In this document: positions 59,109 through 64,000 of the stretch, piece after piece | Layout: the number at the start of each line of letters is the position of its first letter | Numbering within the stretch: position 1 is the first letter of the stretch | NCBI GenBank assembly: GCA_963725715.1 | Contig: CAVRZF010000013.1 | Location: forward strand, 24,586-88,585 | Reading direction: 5' to 3' | Source: Candidatus Bathyarchaeota archaeon | GTDB lineage: Archaea > Thermoproteota > Bathyarchaeia > Bathyarchaeales > Bathycorpusculaceae | DNA length: 64,000 nt | The notes under the pieces: model-generated | Database searches by the model: none | The model's input: the letters and a program-made list of their open reading frames with translations, nothing else | What the model was told of the DNA's origin: nothing | Program-made: the position numbers and the translations under genes

Positions 59109-59927
59109 ATGAGCCTTGAGAAAACGAACCAGCTACTTCGAACTTACCGAATAATCCCGAACAAGCTAATGGGACAAAACTTCATGATTGAACCAGCATT
59201 ATACGAGAAGCTCTCTATCTATGCTGGGCTTAACGGTTCGGATGTGGTGCTGGATGCTGGCGCAGGCTTCGGGTTTCTGAGCCGTTTCTTAGCAGGTAAA
59301 TGTAAGGCTGTCGTCGCTGTTGAGAAGGACCCGCAAATTGCAGCAGCGCTTCGTGAACAAGTCAAAACCTCAGACAACGTGACAGTAGTGGAGGGCGACG
59401 TGCTCAAGACACAGTTGCCCAGTTTTAACAAAGTTATTGCGGCTCCTCCATACTATCTTTCTTCGCATCTTACAGTTTGGCTTTTTGAGTGCAGAATTAA
59501 TTGCGCAGTGTTGATTGTACAGAAAGAATTTGCCAAGCGGCTAATCGCGCCTGTCAACAGTGAAGATTATGGTTGGTTAACTGTTTTGGCGTATCAGCAT
59601 GTCAATATTGAACTTTTGGATGCTGTTCCAAAAGAAATGTTTTATCCTCAACCAGAAGTCGATTCCGTAATTCTTGTATTGAAACCTTGGAGAAAAAAAC
59701 CCTTCGAAATCAAAAACGAAAAATTCTTCATGCAAATGCTCAAGTGGCTCTTTACCCAACGAAACAAGAAACTTGGCAAAGCCCTTGCGCCATTTCTCAG
59801 GGATAATTTGAAGCTAAACAAGCAAGACGCAGAAAAACTATCACTCACCTTGCCCTTCCATGATAGGCGGGCTCGGGAGTTGTCGCCTAAAGATTTTGGA
59901 GCCTTAGCGAATGTCATCTCCAATTAA
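59109..59927 (+). CDS. ksgA: 16S rRNA m6,2A dimethyltransferase KsgA/Dim1
   Basis: MGQNFMI, DAGAGFG, APPYYLSS, VQKEFAKRL and FYPQPEVDS motifs. Confidence 0.92.
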   Translation: MSLEKTNQLLRTYRIIPNKLMGQNFMIEPALYEKLSIYAGLNGSDVVLDAGAGFGFLSRFLAGKCKAVVAVEKDPQIAAALREQVKTSDNVTVVEGDVLKTQLPSFNKVIAAPPYYLSSHLTVWLFECRINCAVLIVQKEFAKRLIAPVNSEDYGWLTVLAYQHVNIELLDAVPKEMFYPQPEVDSVILVLKPWRKKPFEIKNEKFFMQMLKWLFTQRNKKLGKALAPFLRDNLKLNKQDAEKLSLTLPFHDRRARELSPKDFGALANVISN

Positions 59928-60540
59928 GAGAGTGCATTTTGGGAACAAAGTTTTCAACATTTGCGAGGACATTTATGAGCCTGCTGAGGACTCTTTTCTT
60001 TTCGCCGAAAACCTCGATGTACAAAAAGGCGCAGAAGTCATGGATGTTGGCGCTGGATCAGGTTTACTTGCTATTTTGGCGGCGGAAAATGCTGGGAACG
60101 TGCTTGCGCTGGATGTGAATCCTTTTGCGGTTCGTTGCGCAAAGGCAAATGCAGCACTCAATGGTGTGGAGAATAATCTTGGTTTCATGCAAGCTGACCT
60201 ATTAACCGCTTTAAACCCTAAAGCAAAATTCGACTTAATACTTTTCAACGCCCCATACCTTCCTTCGGATGAGCATGAGTCTGAGTCTTGGATTGGGCGC
60301 TCATGGGCTGGAGGCGTCAATGGCAGGGAAGTTGTTGACCGCTTCATAATGCAAGTGCCACCGTATTTGAAGGCTTGCGGCAGGGTGCTTTTGATGCAGT
60401 CCACGCTTACAGGCGTTGAAGAAACCATCAACAAGTTTGCAGCATGCAATCTTTGTGCATGCGTTAAGGCAGAGCAGAAACTGCCTTTCTTTGAAACTCT
60501 CACTTTAATAGAAGCCAAAGCCTCAACCACTCATCAGTAA
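59911..60540 (+). CDS. HemK2/Mtq2-family protein methyltransferase
   Basis: IYEPAEDSFL, DVGAGSG, FNAPY and WAGGVNGREV motifs. Confidence 0.88.
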   Translation: MSSPIKRVHFGNKVFNICEDIYEPAEDSFLFAENLDVQKGAEVMDVGAGSGLLAILAAENAGNVLALDVNPFAVRCAKANAALNGVENNLGFMQADLLTALNPKAKFDLILFNAPYLPSDEHESESWIGRSWAGGVNGREVVDRFIMQVPPYLKACGRVLLMQSTLTGVEETINKFAACNLCACVKAEQKLPFFETLTLIEAKASTTHQ

Positions 60541-60578
60541 CGGTAGCGGCTCTGAAAAGCAAATAAAGGAAATATGCC

Positions 60579-60929
60579 ATGTTATTTGTGGTGACTATCG
60601 TGACGATTTGGTTTTATGTTAAAACAAGTGACGACCCAAAAGCCGTTGGAGAAATAGTTTGCAGCTTTAACTATACGGAGGGCAAGCATCCTGGCGACAA
60701 ATACTCTTGGGTTATGCAGCCTGGAAAAGATGAGCCTGGCTACTGGGAAATCAAAGGCAAATACGAACCTCTCAAAGACCTCACGGAAATCGGTATTGTT
60801 TACCGCATTGGGGACACGGTGGTTTTAGCTGAGATAGACGATGATTTGGCTCCTGACTTTTTGGATCCGTTGATAGCTAAATATGGGTTTGATAATGTTC
60901 GATGGATTGTTGTTCCAAAAATAAAATAG
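60579..60929 (+). CDS. Hypothetical protein
   Basis: 116-aa ORF co-directional with the operon and with a globular composition; no family recognised. Confidence 0.65.
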   Translation: MLFVVTIVTIWFYVKTSDDPKAVGEIVCSFNYTEGKHPGDKYSWVMQPGKDEPGYWEIKGKYEPLKDLTEIGIVYRIGDTVVLAEIDDDLAPDFLDPLIAKYGFDNVRWIVVPKIK

Positions 60930-60986
60930 CCCTTTTTTCCAAGCGAACTGGTTAGCAAAAAACATTCTCTTTTCTATTGGCATCAA

Positions 60987-61034
60987 TTTAACACCTGAAA
61001 ATTAGATGTAAAATTGATACCCCTCCCTCCTTCC
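60987..61034 (-). repeat. Dispersed G-tract/TTTACA repeat, copy C (diverged)
   Basis: Reverse complement reads GGAAGGAGGGAGGGGTATCAATTTTACATCTAATTTTCAGGTGTTAAA. Confidence 0.55.
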
Positions 61035-61046
61035 TTAGAGTGGGGA

Positions 61047-61532
61047 TTATTGTTTATCGTATTTCTCGAATTCATTATTCATTATCGTAAGCTCTATACC
61101 TGCTTGCTTGAACATATCAATAGTATCATTGTCAGCGTGGTAGCGTTTCTCGCAAACTACCCGTTTTATGCCTGCGTTTATTATCATCATGGCGCATGTT
61201 CGGCAGGGTGTCATTTTGCAAAAGAGTGTTGCTCCTTCAAGCGGTATTCCGAATCGTGCGGCTTGGATAATGGCGTTTTGTTCTGCATGTAGGGTTCGGA
61301 CGCAATGCTGGGTTACGTCGCCGTTGGTGTCAAAAACTTTACGCATATCATGTCCCGCCTCATCGCAATGAGGCAAACCCGCAGGAGCACCAACATACCC
61401 AGTTGTCATAATTCGCTTATCCTTGACAATTACGGCACCGCATCTTCCGCGGTCACACGTTGCACGTCTAGCCACCGCTTCACAAAGATCCAAGAAGTAC
61501 CTATCCCAATCAGGCCTCGAGTGTTTTTCCAA
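61047..61532 (-). CDS. dCMP deaminase (ComEB-like)
   Basis: RPDWDRYF, HAEQNA and TPCRTC motifs. Confidence 0.92.
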   Translation of the reverse strand: MEKHSRPDWDRYFLDLCEAVARRATCDRGRCGAVIVKDKRIMTTGYVGAPAGLPHCDEAGHDMRKVFDTNGDVTQHCVRTLHAEQNAIIQAARFGIPLEGATLFCKMTPCRTCAMMIINAGIKRVVCEKRYHADNDTIDMFKQAGIELTIMNNEFEKYDKQ

Positions 61533-61608
61533 AGAGTATCCTGCCTCAAATGTTTAGAAACATTACTAGTCTAAACGTATTAATAGATTATCTCTGCCTA
61601 TAAGGCGC

Positions 61609-62919
61609 TCATTTTTCGTAGACATGGATTTCTCGGCCAATCTTGTGACGCTCATCCATTTCAACCAAAGAGCGCAACTCCACCAACTCTTCGGGCCCTC
61701 TTGCGCTTTCGGCAAAAATGTCTTTAGAGAAGGGCTCAACACGCCTGAAGCCAATGTTTTCAAGTTTTTCACTGATGGGCATTGTGACTTCTTGTCCCGA
61801 ACGAGATAGAATGTAGGGCGTTACTAAAGCCATTCTCCCACCGCTTTTCAATACTATGTAAGCGGCTTCGGAGAAACCGAAAAACAGTGGCTCAAGCTTT
61901 TGAATAATTTTTTGGGCGTACGGTCCAGTTGGCACTTGGCGCAGAGCTGGACCTAAATCAGGCTCTGTCACGATGCAATCTACTGTTTCTTGCCCAACCT
62001 TTTGAGCTAATCTGCCTACATCGCCCTGTATAACCCTAAAGGCAGCGTCCTTAAGACTGTACTCTTTTGTGAGCCACTCAAGGTTTTCTTCTGCAGCTTT
62101 AACACACCAAGAGTTCACATCAACACCTATCACTTGAGCTTTCTCAAGGAGTGCTTCTTGAAGGATTGTGCCAACACCGCAGAAGGGATCCAGCAGAACC
62201 TTTCCAGGCTTGCAACCTGACAAATTAACCATGATTTTTGCCAGTCTAGGCGGCATAGCGAAGATTTTTCTTTGGTTAGGCTTGTAGATGTCTCTTTTTT
62301 GGAATTCGAAAGGGTTATGCACGCCTACAGTAGTAGCAATCCATGTCTCTTCTTTGCCAATGCAAAGTAAAACTTCGCCTTTGTTTTCAACAAGGTTCTT
62401 CTTTAATACTTCAACATGGCTCAGCTGAGCAAACATCCGGTCTTTAGAAAAACCCATGAACTTAGATTTCTTGCCATAACCCGCCAAATCATCCTTCACC
62501 GCACTTCCCAAAAACCTCTGAATAATTCCGGACAGGGGGCGCAAGGTTTTTTCAGGGCAGTAAACGCTTACTCCGAACAGCACTTTGTCAGCGGTCTTTG
62601 CCATTTCATCAACTAAACTGCTTGACGCTAAAGCCTGAGTGATTTGGGATTGCGCTTGTTTGTTTCTGTCAAGAAACGCTTCTTTAAGAAGTTGTGTTGG
62701 CAGCTTTGCTTTTTCTTCTCCGATTTTTATTATTCCGCCTAAATCATCAATAGCAGAAGCACCAAAACCTTCCCCGGTGTCAAGAGCGAAAAATTCTTTG
62801 GAAAAGTATTGAATTTTAAACTGGATTTCTCTTGCTTTTAGGTAGGCTGAGAGCTCTGCTAAGGAAAGCTTCCAGTTTTTTCCTGAAACAAAAATATCGA
62901 TAGGCATCGAAACAAACAA
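61609..62919 (-). CDS. Trm11/TrmG10-like SAM-dependent methyltransferase
   Basis: MPPRLAKIMVNL, LDPFCGVGT and IVTEPDLG motifs. Confidence 0.8.
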   Translation of the reverse strand: MFVSMPIDIFVSGKNWKLSLAELSAYLKAREIQFKIQYFSKEFFALDTGEGFGASAIDDLGGIIKIGEEKAKLPTQLLKEAFLDRNKQAQSQITQALASSSLVDEMAKTADKVLFGVSVYCPEKTLRPLSGIIQRFLGSAVKDDLAGYGKKSKFMGFSKDRMFAQLSHVEVLKKNLVENKGEVLLCIGKEETWIATTVGVHNPFEFQKRDIYKPNQRKIFAMPPRLAKIMVNLSGCKPGKVLLDPFCGVGTILQEALLEKAQVIGVDVNSWCVKAAEENLEWLTKEYSLKDAAFRVIQGDVGRLAQKVGQETVDCIVTEPDLGPALRQVPTGPYAQKIIQKLEPLFFGFSEAAYIVLKSGGRMALVTPYILSRSGQEVTMPISEKLENIGFRRVEPFSKDIFAESARGPEELVELRSLVEMDERHKIGREIHVYEK

Positions 62920-63072
62920 AGCTGATTAAATATATAAGGAAACACGCGCCATATGCATAAGAACAGCGTTTAAGTGTAAAGATTTAATATCAATTAAAGT
63001 CACGGAAACTTAACCGTAACTTTACAAATCGTTTAAATACCGCTGGATGAGTATGCTAAAAAGGGAAGTTTC

Positions 63073-63627
63073 ATGCACGCAAAAAACTACCGACACGTGA
63101 AAAATCGAGCGTACACAAGAAAAGAATACGCTAGAGGTTTTCCACCACCAAAAATAAACAAATTTACAATGGGTGATACTAAGGCAACTTTCGCAATTCA
63201 AGGCCAACTCATCGCTTTAGAAAGAGCTCAAATACGCCACAGCGCGCTTGAAGCAATGCGTGTGGCTACGAACCGTGTTTTGATGGACAAACTCATAAAC
63301 GATTATCTTATGATTGTTCATCCATATCCTCACATTATTCTAAGGGAAAACAAAATGATTTTCGGCGCTCACGCTGACCGACTTCAGCAAGGAATGAGAC
63401 GTTCCTTCGGAACGGCGATTGGTACTGCAGCAAAAGTAGAAGTTGACCAACCCATAATAACGGTCAAAGTAAAAGCAGGCCAAGAGGCAACAGCCAAAGA
63501 ATCTCTCAAAAGAGGCAGCGCAAAACTTCCTATTCCATGCAAAATAGTTATCTCCAAAATTGAAGCACCTCCAGTAGACTTGGCTGACGAAGCTGAGAAC
63601 GCAGAACCGGAGACGGAGACGGCTTGA
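63073..63627 (+). CDS. rpl10e: 50S ribosomal protein L10e (uL16)
   Basis: YTRKEY, QIRHSALEA and PHIILRENK...ADRLQQGMR motifs. Confidence 0.95.
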   Translation: MHAKNYRHVKNRAYTRKEYARGFPPPKINKFTMGDTKATFAIQGQLIALERAQIRHSALEAMRVATNRVLMDKLINDYLMIVHPYPHIILRENKMIFGAHADRLQQGMRRSFGTAIGTAAKVEVDQPIITVKVKAGQEATAKESLKRGSAKLPIPCKIVISKIEAPPVDLADEAENAEPETETA

Positions 63628-64000
63628 GCATCGCAAAAGAGAAGCAGCTTGTTTTATGGTTTGATGATGTAAGAAATACTGATGTTGTTCTTGTTGGCGG
63701 CAAAAACGCCAGCCTCGGCGAAATGATTAATGCCGGCTTGCCTGTTCCACCAGGTTTTGCGGTAACCGCGCATTCTTATGAAAAATATATTGAAGAGAAA
63801 AAAATCGCTGAACAAATCTACAATATTATTAAGGAAACCGTCACAAACCCAAATGACCCCAAACAATATGATGTAGCATCCAAAAAAATCCGTGAACTTA
63901 TCGAAAAAACTCCCATGCCTAAGGAAATCGAAAATGCAATTAGGCAAGCGTACAAAGAGCTCAATGAGCGACTTGAATTAACCGATACTTTTGTCGCTGT
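63624..64000 (+). CDS. ppsA: Phosphoenolpyruvate synthase, 3'-truncated by window edge (absent from ORF track)
   Basis: TTG at 63624: LVLWFDDVRNTDVVLVGGKNASLGEMINAGLPVPPGFAVTA. Confidence 0.9.
   Translation, partial: MSIAKEKQLVLWFDDVRNTDVVLVGGKNASLGEMINAGLPVPPGFAVTAHSYEKYIEEKKIAEQIYNIIKETVTNPNDPKQYDVASKKIRELIEKTPMPKEIENAIRQAYKELNERLELTDTFVA

Noticed and set aside
304-63947. Numerous antisense and overlapping ORFs in the six-frame track (e.g. 304-705, 6554-7018, 13375-13878, 55791-56249, 59973-60530, 63654-63947)
   Set aside because: They are shadows of well-supported genes on the opposite strand or in another frame, with no motifs of their own.

Overview
64-kb window from an archaeal chromosome, most likely Bathyarchaeia (inferred from TACK-type gene content: PolD, Sec61beta, Elf1, Pus10, S27ae). 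It is mostly core genes: RpoE'/Spt4, ribosomal proteins, PolD DP1/DP2, SRP54, Pus10, KsgA, eIF5A, NadE, AhcY and an aconitase-IDH-ATP citrate lyase operon. It also carries a cdc6-linked replication origin (ORB boxes flanking an AT-rich DUE, about 38.1-38.7 kb). The most striking unexplained feature lies next to oriC: three HTH/wHTH genes, one predicted to encode a membrane-anchored coiled-coil wHTH protein, interleaved with dense, partly helically phased GTGAY/RTCAC arrays. This is a candidate origin-tethering or segregation system. Other items the ORF track misses: an intron-containing tRNA-Ser(CGA) with a duplicated 3' end bracketing a small island, a highly structured ~230-nt ncRNA candidate, a decayed PemK/MazF toxin-antitoxin pair, a structured leader before an MgtE-like gene, a C/D box sRNA, a dispersed G-tract repeat family, several genes with apparent AUH (ATC/ATT/ATA) starts, and a sensor-domain/Ahb radical SAM fusion. 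Several +1 homopolymer frameshifts look like assembly errors. All calls are from reading the sequence; no searches were run.
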